From assembly GCF_001194135.2 (NCBI RefSeq), contig NC_068997.1, positions 5,269,131-5,333,130 on the forward strand: a stretch of 64,000 nt of DNA. The letters run 5' to 3'. Positions 49,794 through 63,959 of the stretch are shown piece by piece. The notes under the pieces were generated by a model. That model worked only from the letters and a program-made list of their open reading frames with translations, was not told the origin of the DNA and made no database searches. The translations under genes were made by a program, and so were the position numbers. Source of the DNA: Octopus bimaculoides (lineage: Eukaryota). Each line of letters opens with the position of its first letter. Position 1 is the first letter of the stretch.

Positions 49794-51930
49794 CTCTAGG
49801 TAGTTGGTTGCTCGACCTGCTGTCCCAAATCCCACCTTACTGTCTTAAAGAAAAAGGACAATATGGTTCCTTACATACAAAGAAACAAGAAGGTCATAGA
49901 GATACTTTTCATTTTCAGTTTGCCTGATCAAGGCTGACCTGGGGCTAAACAACCACTATCAATCACTCGTGTTTACAAGTGAATTCCCAGACTATACAAA
50001 CATACAAACTGATTGACAAACAATCTGGAGTCATAGTGCTGCAGCTGCTGTCCTACACTAGAGAACAGTAGAGTTCAACTGCCTCCAACTAACACTCCAG
50101 ATTCTATTACCCATGAGTTATTGTTGGTTTCAAATTTTGACACAAGGTCAGCAACTTTGTGGGTGGAGCTAAGTCGATTACATTGAACCTAGTACTCAAC
50201 TCGTACTTATTTTATTGAATGAAAGGCAAAGTTGACCTTGGCAGAATTTGGACCTAGGTGATACTATTCAAGAATCACACAGAAATAACAACCAAATTTC
50301 CCTCAAATCATGCCCTGTTGTCTTAAAGCAAGAATGAAATCATTGGACCTGGATGGTCAAAACTGGAATGCCCATGATCATAAGTCTTCCTGATAAGGAC
50401 TAACCTAGAGCTAAACAACAATCACTAATTGGTATTTAATGAGCTAAAATGAGAGTTTCTTAGTGGTTGCTCAACCTGTTAGAGATAGCAGCCAAATCTC
50501 CCTCACACTACACTTGGCTATCTTAATTGGAGGACACAGGGAATGTAGCCCTGGATAGTCTGGGGGGGGGGAAGGAAGATGATAGGCTGATCACAGTAGG
50601 AATGTCCTTGATTGTAAAGCTTGTTGGATCAGTTGTAACTGATGCCAACACCTTTGTTACAAAAATACTGCACTACAATATTCACTACACCACCACCTCC
50701 ACCACAATACCACTACAACACTAGAATGTCATATTAGTGCCACGATCACCACTAGAGTAACACCACCACCACTGCAACAACATTAGAATCTCATATCAAC
50801 AATATCATCACATTATTCTCAATGACAATAACCACCACTACTACCACTACAAAATCAAAATCCCATACTACCAACAACACCTACATAACATAACCTAATA
50901 AGGGGACAGACATTCCAGCAGGAAGGCAGGTAGCCAGCAACTAAAGAGTGGTTTGAAGAGGCTCACTCACTGCCCCCTACCACCACCACTATCCCCACAC
51001 TGTCCACTTCAGTCATTTCTGTCTTTAAATCTCAAGTGGATGAACAAGTAGTGGGGNNNNNNNNNNNNNNNNNNNNNNNNNNNNNNGGGGGGGGGGGGGA
51101 ATGTGAAACACAACGCACACACAATACTAAATTCATACACTCTAAACAGACACATAAACATATGCACACAATACAAAAATACACTAAACATACACATGTA
51201 AACACACACACACAAAGCACATTAAACACATGCATTATATACACACAATCATACTTGCACACATAGGAAAATAGAAAGAAGTGAATTGAAGGCTCTCTAT
51301 ATATAGATGGTTTATGAAGGTTTATTGTATCTAGATGGTGGTGGAGTAGAAGGGGGCATACTAAAAAAAATGTCTCCGCAGACATACACACACGCCTCTC
51401 ACACACATACATATGTAGACTTAGTACAAATATGCAAAGCGGTACTTGACATAACACTCATATATAGAGTTGGCCCTGGTATAAGTAGAAATAGCCAAGT
51501 GAATTAAAAAATGGACTAGTCTGTGAATACAATTTTAACACAACATATCTATGAAGAGATTTTCTCTGAGGCAAAACCCACAGTATCATGTCTTTCCAGT
51601 TTGTAAATACATTTAGTATGATACACAGATGGCAACTGTAATTTAATGCTGTTTCAATTGCATTCACATTTTTTTATAGCCTGGCAAGCTTTCCACATTA
51701 CCAGTGGATGTATTATTCACAGTTTCCTATATACTCAAGCATGAATTTCATCTAAGACAATGTCAAGTAGGTGCATGGCATTGGCAAACTCCAAGTAGGA
51801 GAAAACATAATTGTTCTTGTGAGTCACTGTTGCAATGATGTTTACCATGATCCAATATATATACTATTTTCAACAAGATGTCCATGAAGAGATTTTTTTT
51901 CAGACAAAACCCACAGTATACTTTTCAAAG

Positions 51931-51965
<35 letters not shown>

Positions 51966-54024
51966 GAATGCTATACAAATAGCCTCTACAGCTGCCGAAA
52001 ATGAGTAGCACCCATATTTCAAAAGGCCAGTCTTGTCACATTCTCTATAAAAACTGTTAAGGGTACGTGTGTCTGTGGAATGCTCAGCCACTTGCATGTT
52101 AATTTCAGGAGCAGGCTGTTCTGTTGATTGGATCAATGGAGGACCCTTTCCATTGTAAACAATGAAATGCCAGTTACAGATGTTTTGCTGTGTGTGGATG
52201 CTTTGTGTCTATTTATGTCAACTCAGGGTGGTAGTGATTCAGTCTTACGTTCTTTAAGGTGATGAGGAGTTACCAACAATAGACTAATATCCTATCTTGG
52301 TAATATCAATGAAATACATACACACTGAAGTGTCTCCTTGTTTTGATTTTTGACAACTTGGATGTGATTTAGTGGAGGATATCCTTAACCCATTGATATA
52401 GTCGATTGGAACTAGGGTGAATGAAGTGGACTCCCTTGTTGATGAGTACAAAATGTCAGCATCAGAATATGAACCTAGGAGCTCAGATATTAAATGTCAT
52501 CCATGCAGTGTCATCACAGTCAATTAATTTATGATGTGATGGAAATATTTGATCATCTGACCAATGATTTGGCTCATACTGATAATTTAGCTGATCCTCA
52601 ACAAAACATGAGCGTGCTCCACACATTGGTGTACAGCTGAAATACCTGAAAGTGTAATGATACACACTACCCCTTTCTATCTTAAACAGGTAACAACCTC
52701 TAACTCAACAACATGCAGTGTCCTCTCTCAATCTTCTACAAGAACTGGAACAGCTTCTGCATTTCTAAACCTGAAGTGTCAAACTCATATGGCTTTGTGA
52801 GCCAGATTGAAGTAGAAGTTAACATCACAGGCTGAGATAATTATTCTTAAAATTTCTATTCACAATGTAGACCAAAATAATGGATAACAGGCTCAATATA
52901 CATTATAATAACTTTATTAAGAGAAAAAGAATACAAAGTGTTAGCAAAGTTTGTGTGCAGAGATGTACAGAAAAAATCCCATCCAGTCTTATTGAGTAAG
53001 AGTCTTTAGAGTATGAATGGAAACAGATGTCCAAATGATTGCATACAGTTCTTGAGAAGACCAATACTTGAGAGAAAGCTTGCATTGTTTCAGCTGTAAA
53101 ACCTCTCGGTATCTTTCATATCGTAAGAATCCATTTGGATAAACATGTGCATGAATTTGAAAAAATACTTTGCTTGGTTCAGCAAGTATAGGCAAAGTGA
53201 AGGTGGCGGGGAATAGGTAACATCTTTTAGCATATGGATTCATAAGCTTCTTTTTTATTGGTTGAAAAGATTCTCTCAGGTGCACCGATTTGATTAATCA
53301 GAACCAGTGTTAGTCACGACTATAGTCAGGCTCTGACTTTGAACATATGCTGACATTTTTTATAGAATGGCATATTTTATAAAATATTTTAAAATTAAAA
53401 AATAAACTTCGGGACTGAACCAAACATTGCCATAGGCTGAATGTTTACCTTTGCTTGACACCCCTGCTCTAAACTAACATACTACATTTCTATTTCCACT
53501 CAACCACACCATTATGTATTAGTCCTTCCTCATCTTGTAATCCACTAAAATAGTTGATCCTTCAAACTCTACATTAAATACTAATTCATCTTACTTTCTC
53601 CTGCTACAACTACAATCTCTCTCCCCTGAAACTCTTGTTTTGCCCATGTTTTCTGTACACAACAGGGCTTCAGCCAGAACAGTTTCCAGTTTCTGGAAAG
53701 CCCTGCACAGTTTATGGCCCCTAACCCTCTTCCTCCTCACTAAATAGTCCTTATGTTGCTAATAAATCTGAAGTCAATTTAGAGAGTGCAATCAATTCAA
53801 TCAGCCCCAGGACATAAGTGGTACTTTAGTAATATCAATGATCAAACACAAAAACTGACATCAGTGAAATTTGAACTGGGAATGTACCAGCACATAACTA
53901 AATACCACCAGACACTTAGTCCAAAGTTTCAACCAATTTTCACTGTAAAACCCCTCTTCAGAATAATGTAAAAATAAAAAAAAATAACCTCAATAAAAGT
54001 GAAAAAAGAAGACTGTACACCTAC

Positions 54025-54571
54025 CTGAGACATTTAGATACTCCAAGTTAACACAGTTCGATATAAGGTCAAAAAGGGCAGAATTAGTTATATTACTGCA
54101 ATTGTGGACTTCCAGCTTCCGAAGTTCTGGACAGCGTTTGGAAATGGTGTGCAGTCCTTTGTCAGTTAGTTTTTCACAGTTATTGACATTGATTCTTTCA
54201 ATAATCACACAAACTGATGGTGTATTATAGCTGAGTTGTTTGGTAAGACACCGTAGTGCTTTGTCCACATCCAGCGTTATGCTGTTTAACACAATGCTTG
54301 TCCAGAGGGTTGGGTCCCAGCTCAGACGGTACCACAGCTTGCAAACACGTGAGCACTTGCACAACTGGTTTGTTGTCAGGTTTGAAAAAATTTTCACAAT
54401 GATGTCATCGCTAAGATATTGAAAAGGGGAGTTACGGGATTGGGATTTGCTTTTTTTCATACCAAGCATGAGTTTAGGGGGTTTTTCAAGGTGAATTCTG
54501 TTTAGTTTGGCATTGATGATGTCCACATTAGGGAAACTTCCCAAAGAAGAAGTGTTGTTCACATTATTGTG

Positions 54572-54606
<35 letters not shown>

Positions 54607-54822
54607 GAGGATTTGTCAGATTGTGCATACGAGTCTGATTTTTGTTTTGCCTGACATAAGATTTACTATGCATGGTTGGTGTTGCCGTCGGAGACGACCA
54701 CCCAGAATGTCTACTGTCCAATAATGACTCTGATGAAGAATAGGATCCCTTAAATGTAGACGTTGTCGTAGATACAACCCCAGAGCTTGAGTCTTGAAGG
54801 GATTCTCCATTCTGGTCTGGAT
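54025..54822 (-). CDS. FBXL7: FBXL7 penultimate coding exon (F-box plus first LRRs); upstream exons not located
   Basis: LSDDIIVKIFSNLTTNQLCKCSRVCKLWYRLSWDPTLW is an F-box; ends LEYLNVS G|gtaggt at the same junction as human LEHLDVS|GC; acceptor atttcag|. Confidence 0.96.
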
Positions 54823-55889
54823 CTGAAATATACATTATTATTTTTATCATTATCATCATCATCTTATCATCATTATCACTAGAGTACCCAAACCATCAAT
54901 AATGATGGCAGGTGCTTTACTAAACTTTGCATGCATGAATATTTGATATTTCCAATTGGATGTATTACTGAAAAATGTACATGATGAAAGTTGTTAATGA
55001 GAGTATGAGGATGTAAATAAAAATATCAAGATAATAGGAAAATAAGAAAATTATATTTCTCATTCACCAAATATTATACAGGTTTGATTATTTTTAATAT
55101 TGTACAATATGTTTTAGTCAATGACTCACTAATTATTCTACATTATTTTCTACAGTAAATGCTCTACCTAATTTCACAAATGTACATGTTTTCGTATTGA
55201 AAAACTTCCCAAAATATATGCATATTTACACATGGGTACATGATCTTACAAACAGGTTACGTACATTTTCTAAAGGTTTTCAAAGGACAACATATTTAGT
55301 TTATGCAAAATCTGTGCATTTGTAACACATTCAATACACTCCCACGCAAAAGCTACAAATGCATTGAAGCATTATTTTAATTCACATTTACTGCAAAAGT
55401 TCCTGAAGGACTATATTTCCTGTATAGGTATGAGGAAGCACCAACACACCTTAGCCTTCTGTACTTTCAATCTGTAATTTCAAATTATTTGTATTTTGGA
55501 AATACATGTGTGCAGTGTAATAAGTCAATAAGCTGAAACTGAATACCTGATACCTCTTAGTAAGGTGAATACAATAGGTAATAGTGGAATAAGTGTGTTT
55601 AAAAATACATATAACATATCAAATATATAGATAACACAGCGTATTATATATACTGATTAGATTTATCAATGAGAAAAAGGAGAAAATTGATCATTGAAAT
55701 TTATGAACCTAAGTTGAATATTTGAGACAAAGAAAACAATGAACTTTCAAAGAATAAATAAATAAATAAATAAACAGAACAACTCTAGCAGTAATGACAG
55801 CTTGTAATGAATAGTTTAGAAAGTAAATCATATGAAGTGGAACAACTTCAACTTGAAATAGTTATGTGTTACGAAAAAAAGTGTGTGGA

Positions 55890-55941
<52 letters not shown>

Positions 55942-55943
55942 GA

Positions 55944-56620
55944 CACGAGGTCGAGTAAAATAATTTCTGTTTTTTGGAAGTAAATTGTAACAATGCATTT
56001 CGAACTTCAGCTGTTTAAAATTGAAATGGAAACTACCATTTCAAAGAGATTCACCTGTCATTCATATTTAAGCAGTGAAAGCGTGCACATCCTATTTTAA
56101 TATCAAATTTCACTCCCCTAAAATGGATGAACTGAAAGTGCATATTTGACATGTGATGTGAGAGATTAAGAATGGAAAAAATGCCACAGAAACAGCTAAG
56201 AAAATATACAGTGTTTACAGTCATGGTGTCGTTACTGATCAGCAAGTGCGAAATTGGTTTTCAAAGCTTCGTTCCAGAGATTTGTCACTGAGAAATCAAC
56301 TCAAACCAAGATGCTCATTGGACTACAATCAAGAGGCTTTAAGAGAATTAGTGAAATTCAATCCTCGTAAAAGTATTTGGGAGTTAGCAGTTGACCTCAA
56401 CACATCCCAATCCACTATCTGTGGCCACTTGGAAAAGATAGGAAAAGTCAGCAAGCTGGGTGTTTGGGTTCCCCATATGCTTAGTGAGAGGAATAGGGAA
56501 GATTGCATGTCCATAGCAACAAGTTTTTTTTTTTCAGGGCAGAGAAATGTCCCGCTTGTCAATAATGTCATTATAGGTGGTGACAATGTTCAACACAAAA
56601 GGCAGTTGTCAGTTTTGTAG
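55944..56620 (+). mobile_element. Mariner 5' fragment
   Basis: TIR-like ACGAGGTCGAGTAAAA; WFSKLRSRDLSL...HLEKIGKVSKLGVWVPHML. Confidence 0.85.
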
Positions 56621-59124
56621 TATTACATTAGGGCCCTTTACAATCTGTGCTTAAACCCTGCCATGGTCAACTCTCCCTTTCACTCATCCAAGGTTAATAA
56701 AATAAAGTACCAGTCAAGTACTAGGGTCAATATAAACAAGGAACCCTCTCCACAAAATTTCTTGTGCTTAAGTTTATAAAAAATTATTATTATTATTATT
56801 ATTAAGGTGGTGAGCTGCCAGAATTATGAACATGCCAGGCAAAATGCTTAGCAGCGTTTCCTCTGTATTCAACTTTACCTTTCTAAAAAACAAAAGAATA
56901 TTTCACCTTTTCATGTCTTGTTAACTTCTTTTAACTTAATCTCTTCAGTTCCAGTATTTCACCCTCCTCCTTTACCTTCATAACCTCTCCTACTAATGAT
57001 GTTACCCTGTTGTTTTACTATATTATACTATAACCATGTTGCTCAACGTACACCAGCACATTATTTCACTGACTATATTCCAGTATAAGCAGCCAACCAA
57101 AATAAAGGCACTGGTCCAAATAAAACAGTATCATCATCATAATTGTTGTAATGTCTTCATTTCCATATTTGCATGGGTCAAACAAGATTGTTGAGACAGA
57201 CTTTCTATGGCTGGATGCTCTTTCTGCTGCCAACCCTCATGTTTCAAAGTAAGGTAATATTTTCCCTAATCTGGATATATTTTCACTGAAGAGTGAGTGC
57301 AACAAACATCGCTTGTATGAAGGTGAACAATGTTTGCAATTAGCATGCCATATCAAGACAATGTTCAGTGGAGGGCAGCCAGTTTCTTGTAAGTTGAGTG
57401 GAAGGTAGCTAGAGTTCTGTGGCTGATTGAGTCCTGAGTGTTGAGTAGAGGGCAGATAGATTCACCATGTGCAATCTAAGCCACTATCAAGGAAACAGCA
57501 GGAAGTTTTCTGTTCGACAAATATTTGATCTTTTGATCCTAATAATATGTGGAAGTGGAGGAAGAGAGAGGGTTAATTACATATTATTACAGCCTTCTTT
57601 CATTGCTAGGACACTTAATACATAACAGGAAGGAGGAGGAGGAGTTATAGCAGGAGGGAGTTATTTATGAAAACGAAAATAGTGAAGAGGTGAGAGTAGA
57701 GGAGGGAGGAGGGGAGAGAACGGAGGGAGTGAAAGTGATTTCTCAATGGAGTTGGTAAGTGAAGGTGGCAGCACTGGTTAGTAGATGGACAGAGAGAGAC
57801 TGATATAAGTGGACAGAGAGAGAGTGAGAAGAGACGAAGAGACAGAGTTTAATGCGAAAGATCTTGTATGATTCATTCAGTCCATGAAATAAATTGTAAA
57901 GGGAGAAAGAGAGAGAGAAAGAGAAAAAGAAAAAAAAGACAGAGAGAGAGCAAGCAGATGGAAATTGTGTGTGTAGAGAGAGAATGTAGAGTGAGAGAGA
58001 AAGAGAAAATAGAGAGGGAGTTGGTGGGAGAGAAAGGAAGAGGATGGAAGCTAGGCAGAAAGAGAGAGGACAGAGATGATAGAAAGAGGTAGAGGGAGGA
58101 GTGGAAAAGAAAGTAAGGGGATAAAAAACTTGGGGTGGGGCGAAGACAGAGAGAGGGTTACTTCTCAGGAAGACAGACCAAGGAACCGTGCAAGAGATAT
58201 TTAGAAATTGAATATTTCTAATTTCATTAACATCGAATATTTCTATTTATTTATTTATTTATTGTTATGAATAAACTACTGAATAAAAAAAATTAAAAAA
58301 ATATCATCATCATCATCAACATTATTAACCTTTAGTAACAGGACAATTACAAGCTTTTAATAGAAACAGGAAGAAAACAATTATAACATAACTTATTATC
58401 ATTGAACCCAATCTTTCTCGTAGCACTTGTAAAATTTTGATCATAAATTAACTAATGTGGTGGTGGTGGTGGAGTAGCAAGTGGGGTCGGTGACAGGTGG
58501 GGGGTGACAGTCTACGTTTTAAATTTTATCAATGGCACAGTGATATTATATGTGTGTGGGTCATAGATGGTGTTATTAGAAAGCTTCTCAACTGCATGAG
58601 CTGTAATTATACTCTTCAACAAAAATGTGTGTGCCCTTCCAGAAATAAATATCAGTTTATCGACTTGTGTTCAGTTATTTCTTCAGATGTTATAATGTTC
58701 TGTCAGGACAATTATTTATCTTTTACCTTTTAAGTGTGGCCATGCTGGAGCAGCACCATGAAGGGTTTAGTCAAAGTCAATCCCAGTAATGTATTTTAAG
58801 CCTAGCACTTATTTCATTGGTTATTTTGCTGAACTGCTCAGTTTTGGCAATGTAAACAAACCAACACCAGTTGTTAAGTGGTGGTGGGGTACAAACTCAA
58901 ACACACACACAACAAGCTTCCACACAGTCTCCAAATTCATGTGCAAGACATTGGTTGGCCAAGGATTATAGTTGAAGACACTTGCCCAAGATGCCAGTCA
59001 GTGGGACTGAACCTGAAACCATGTGGTTGCAAAGCAAGTTTCTTAACCACAAAGCTATGCTTCATATTTTTTCCTGTTTTTGTTTGAATTAAATTTGTAC
59101 TTTAACACTTGTTTTTTTTTTTAC

Positions 59125-59262
59125 ATTATTTACAATTGACGGATATTTGTCCTCATCTTGTTTGTTGTTGACACAATGTTTCGGCTGATATACCCTCCAT
59201 AGTGGTTAAGAGCACAAGCTACTAACCCCAAGAATCCGAGTTCAATTCCAGGTAGTGACCTG

Positions 59263-59322
<60 letters not shown>

Positions 59323-59437
59323 TACCTTAGGGATGAGGACCCAGGTTCGAAATTTCCTCAAGATAGGCTGGAGGGTATATCAATCAAAACGTATTAACAA
59401 ACAGGATGAGGACAAATATCCGTCAATTGTAAATAAT
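59125..59437. mobile_element. Foldback element with long inverted arms enclosing a tRNA-like head
   Basis: Perfect 33-bp and 14-bp inverted repeats flank A/B-box-like sequence and (AAC)n(ATC)n. Confidence 0.7.
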
Positions 59438-60764
59438 ATAAATAATGTACATAATTCCTCATCTCTTAAATATATAGAACTGTATTGTTTTTTTTTTTGT
59501 TTTATTTAGAGGACAATGGGTGTGCATCCTAGTTATTTAGAGTAGGCTCACCACACCCTTGCATGTTGTGAGAGGTGAAAGAAAGGATTGGTGATGGGAA
59601 GAGCACCCAGCAGTAAAACACTATCTTAATCTGTCCAACACATGCCAGCATGGAAAAGCATATTTGATGACAATGATAGTGGCAGTGGTGATGATGAGCA
59701 GATGAGCTGCAGGCATTATTAAAAAAATCCTATATACAGAGCAAAAAGCCCTGTTGTTGCTGTTGTCTCTGCCCATCCTGTTTACATGGGTTTTGGTATA
59801 CCATGGTCATTCATGACCCCTTGACATTGTACAAATTTCTATTGCGTGATACAATTTCTACCTCCCCTCCCCACCCCACACAGATGATGTGTTGGAGCAG
59901 CTGTAGTATATTGAACTGAGTCTAGTAAATATTTCCTGCAGACCAATGGTGGGATAAAATGCAACGTTGAAGCTGACTAGTAGTTGGATTTGCATACTGT
60001 CATTAATCAACAAAATTAATCACTCCTCAGTACATTACCATCTGCGCCATCCTTACAGATGTGCTAATAATGTCACAATAAATTGTATTAATGGTAATAA
60101 TGATTGTTTCAAATTTTGGCACAAGGCCAGTAATTTTAGGGAATCGGGAATTAGTTTATATGTTTTTGAAAAGGATTGCAGTTAAAGTTTCACATTTTTG
60201 AGAGGGTTAATAAAGTTCATCGATTAGTTACCATTAGTCATGTTCATGCAACCTCTTGCAAGAAGAAAATCAATTCTATGTTTACCCAATGCAACATATC
60301 AAGTGAGCTTGCTAGTATTTTGGTCTATCATATGTTTAGCATGTTATGGAGTTTCTTAAAGATCAGCAAGTTTTAATTTACACTCTCCCTGCCCAACACA
60401 AACACACCTACAAAGTTTTTTTTTTGTTTGTTTTTAAATTTCTTAATATTTGACAAATTTCAATAAACGATATGAACGAACTGAGGAACAAAATATATTA
60501 ATTACAAACACACACACACATATATACACACACAATCCAAACATTTTACTCAGGCACAGTATATCTCAGATGATGGTATCTTATGTGGTCTGCCTATTTT
60601 GAAGATGGCTAAGTCAGATGTAAGAGGTTCAGCTTCAATAATTACACGGGTTAATTAATTAATTAGTCTAATTTTGTTTATTTCATAGATGAGTGATTTA
60701 ATCACAGCAGAGACAAAACTCACATAATGTAGAAAAATAAGTGATTTAATATTGAACCAAGAAG

Positions 60765-60812
<48 letters not shown>

Positions 60813-61029
60813 CTTGATCTGTAAGAAATAGCAGTCAGATATCCATCAAATCACATCCTGCAGGCTAGGATAGAGGGATAGATATCTATGATAAAGTAGA
60901 TCTAGTTACATTATACCTGAAAGATAAACAGAAAAAATGGCCACAGCTTGAACACCTTTCATCAGGAGTCTGTTCTGTCAGTCTGACTTGGGGCTAAACA
61001 ACAACAAAGCTACTAACTACTACTATTAA

Positions 61030-61217
61030 CCCTTTTGATACCAACCTACCTAAAACCACCTGATTCTATGATACAAACTTTTTGTTTTAAAGTAATCTAA
61101 GCTAAAACCTTCCATGACAATTTCATGTGGTGTTCCAAACACCAGCTTAATAACGACAAAGTCATTTTACTATTGAAACAAAAAGTGCATTTCAACAAAA
61201 ATATAGTAATGAAAGGG
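61030..61217. mobile_element. piggyBac-like MITE, family B (related copies at 25783-25989 and about 32800-32992)
   Basis: TTAA|CCCTTTTGATACC ... AAAGGG|TTAA, with shared core GTTCCAAACACCAGCTTA. Confidence 0.72.
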
Positions 61218-61279
61218 TTAAATATATATACTATATCATATCTCGTGTAACATGCATTATACACATATATGTATATATC

Positions 61280-61700
61280 AAGTACAGGTGTGGAAAGAAG
61301 TTCGTTTTCCAACCCCATGGGTCAAGGTTCAGCCGCATTGTATGGCATTTTGGGCAAGTGTCTTCCACTATAACTTTGGGCAAACCAAAGCCTTATGAGT
61401 GGATTTGGTAGATGGAAACTGAAAGAAGCTTGTTGTGTGTGTTTGCATGTGCATGTGCATGCGTGTGAGTGGGTGTCTGTGTTTTTCAATCTGTTTGTCC
61501 CCTGCCACCACCACTGCTTGACAACCAGTGCTGGTGTCTTTACATCCTTGTAACTTAGTAGCTCAGCAAAAGATACTGATACAATAAGTACGAGGCTTTA
61601 AAAAAAATAAGTACTGGAGTTGATACATTTGACTAAAAATTTAAGATGGTGCCCCAGCATGGCTGCAGTCTAATGACTGAAACAAGTAAAAGGTAAAAGA
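61280..61700 (+). mobile_element. tRNA-derived octopus-type SINE, near full length (related pieces at about 35-150, 3715-3810, 17250-17475, 58740-59060, 62510-62640)
   Basis: Head with GGTTCA...TTGGGCAAGTGTCTTC.ACTATA, central (GT)n, tail CCAGCATGGCTGCAGTC...GACTGAAACAAGTAAAAG repeated at several loci in the window. Confidence 0.8.
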
Positions 61701-62601
61701 TAAAAGCTATTTATATATAAATATAAACACAGACATGTTGTAGTTAATGAAATTCATTCAATACATTTTGCCCTGGTTTTTTTCTGTCCTTTTTTTTTGT
61801 TTGTTTTTTGTTTTTTGTAAAATTTCTGAAGAAGTGATTGCTGGATTGTGTCACCTCACCATGACACACAACTGTGTATGTGTATATAATGTATGTATAT
61901 GTCAGAAGACATGCTTGGCTGAAAAGAAATGTTACCTAAAAAAAAAAACCCCAGATATATAGATAAAAAGGTATAAGCAGAAGTATTCATCATGTTAGCA
62001 CCTGAATGAAGGGAAGTTTGTCTTTAATGAGGAGGAGCCGAGTTGGTCGGCTGAAAGTCTTTGCAGTGACACAGCAGCACAAAAGTAATAGTGACAGTGA
62101 TGATCATGGTAGTAGTGGTGGAGGTGGGAGGACTAGAGTCTGCTTCACTCAGCTGTGAACATGGGAAAGCAGACATTAAACAACGATGATGATGATGATG
62201 ACACACATATGCTTATGTGCATACTTACTTAACACACAAGTACTTATACAAACATTCTCAGAGAAAAATCTCTACAGATACCCACACATGAACAAGAATT
62301 TCATTTGCTCTTTTATGCTAGCATAGGTTAGATGAATATATTATTCAGGCATTATTTTATAGCTAGATGCCCTTCCTGTCATTAACCCTTATCTATTTTC
62401 AACTAAGCAATCTCTTATTCTACAAGACTTCAAAGGTGCAAACCAACTGGATGGTTTGTTGACGGGAGAGCTGAGAATAATGTCACCACTCATAGGTTGC
62501 AACAATAGTAGAACCTTGGGCAAGTGTCTTCTACTATAGTATCAGGCCAACCAAAGCCTTGTGAGTGGATTTGGTAGAGAGAGACTGACAAAAAGCCTAT
62601 C

Positions 62602-62641
<40 letters not shown>

Positions 62642-62787
62642 CTCTCACCATAGCTAATCAATTGGTGCTGACAACATTTACAAGAGATTTCTTCATCATT
62701 ATTGTAGCCTGAACAGTTTCTTACCTATCAGCCATGTATGCACCTAATTTTAAGATTTATTATAACCCAACATAAAATGAAACATTC

Positions 62788-62822
<35 letters not shown>

Positions 62823-63213
62823 NNNNNNNNNNNNNNNNNNNNNNNNNNNNNNNNNNNNNNNNNNNNNNNNNNNNNNNNNNNNNNNNNNNNNNNNNNNNNN
62901 NNNNNNNNNNNNNNNNNNNNNNNNNNNNNNNNNNNNNNNNNNNNNNNNNNNNNNNNNNNNNNNNNNNNNNNNNNNNNNNNNNNNNNNNNNNNNNNNNNNN
63001 NNNNNNNNNNNNNNNNNNNNNNNNNNNNNNNNNNNNNNNNNNNNNNNNNNNNNNNNNNNNNNNNNNNNNNNNNNNNNNNNNNNNNNNNNNNNNNNNNNNN
63101 NNNNNNNNNNNNNNNNNNNNNNNNNNNNNNNNNNNNNNNNNNNNNNNNNNNNNNNNNNNNNNNNNNNNNNNNNNNNNNNNNNNNNNNNNNNNNNNNNNNN
63201 NNNNNNNNNNNNN
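62823..63213. other. Assembly gap (others at 5951-6050, 29221-29230, 31221-31230, 45060-45250, 51057-51086)
   Basis: Runs of N, mostly flanked by microsatellites or homopolymers. Confidence 1.
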
Positions 63214-63959
63214 ATATATATATGAATATATACTGAGTGGTATGTGTTTATGTATGTTTGTGAACACATAATGTTAGACATGGTTGTATATATGAGGGAC
63301 ACAGTAATAGCATGGTGGGTGTATAAATGTGTATATCAAGTGTTCCATGGAGCTGCATACATAGTGGATAAACTTATTCACTGCACAGCAACAACTACTC
63401 ATACACACATACACACACACACACACACTGTATATATATATATATATAAATATACACTCACATACACAACAATATGTAAGATAGAAGTCAGACAAAGGAA
63501 TCAATTTTCCACCTGTTATCTGGACTGACATAAAAGACAACAATAACTAACAAGCTATTCTTCAGAGAATATCCAATAAAAACAAACACCTCTTCCTTCT
63601 CCTCCACACCCATACAAATACATCCACACACACACACACACATAATATCCAAGGTACCACGTCCATGCAACCTGACTCACACTCTCCAGGAAGCTGAAAG
63701 TTTTTTCTAGGAGATTAGCTGTCAGAAGATGTTGATATAACACTTGACATGAAAGTTGTTATGAAAGTTGTTGTTACTGTTGTTGTTGTCAAATGACATC
63801 ATATCAGGTACTGACCAGAAGAGATGTTTCATGATGAAGAGGCTACATACATGAAAGTATATATATATATTTATACACAGACACACATGTACAATATACA
63901 TACACACACACACACACATATAATATATACGCACACATGTATCATATTTATATATATAC

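Noticed and set aside
51540-53300. Possible coding fragments in the FBXL7 intron
   Set aside because: Only faint, frameshifted transposon-like traces and a short local duplication (51553/51885); the family could not be assigned
59200-59270. Possible tRNA gene (TAGTGGTTAAG...GAGTTCAATTCC)
   Set aside because: No complete acceptor stem or terminator; it lies inside a foldback repeat and looks like a SINE head
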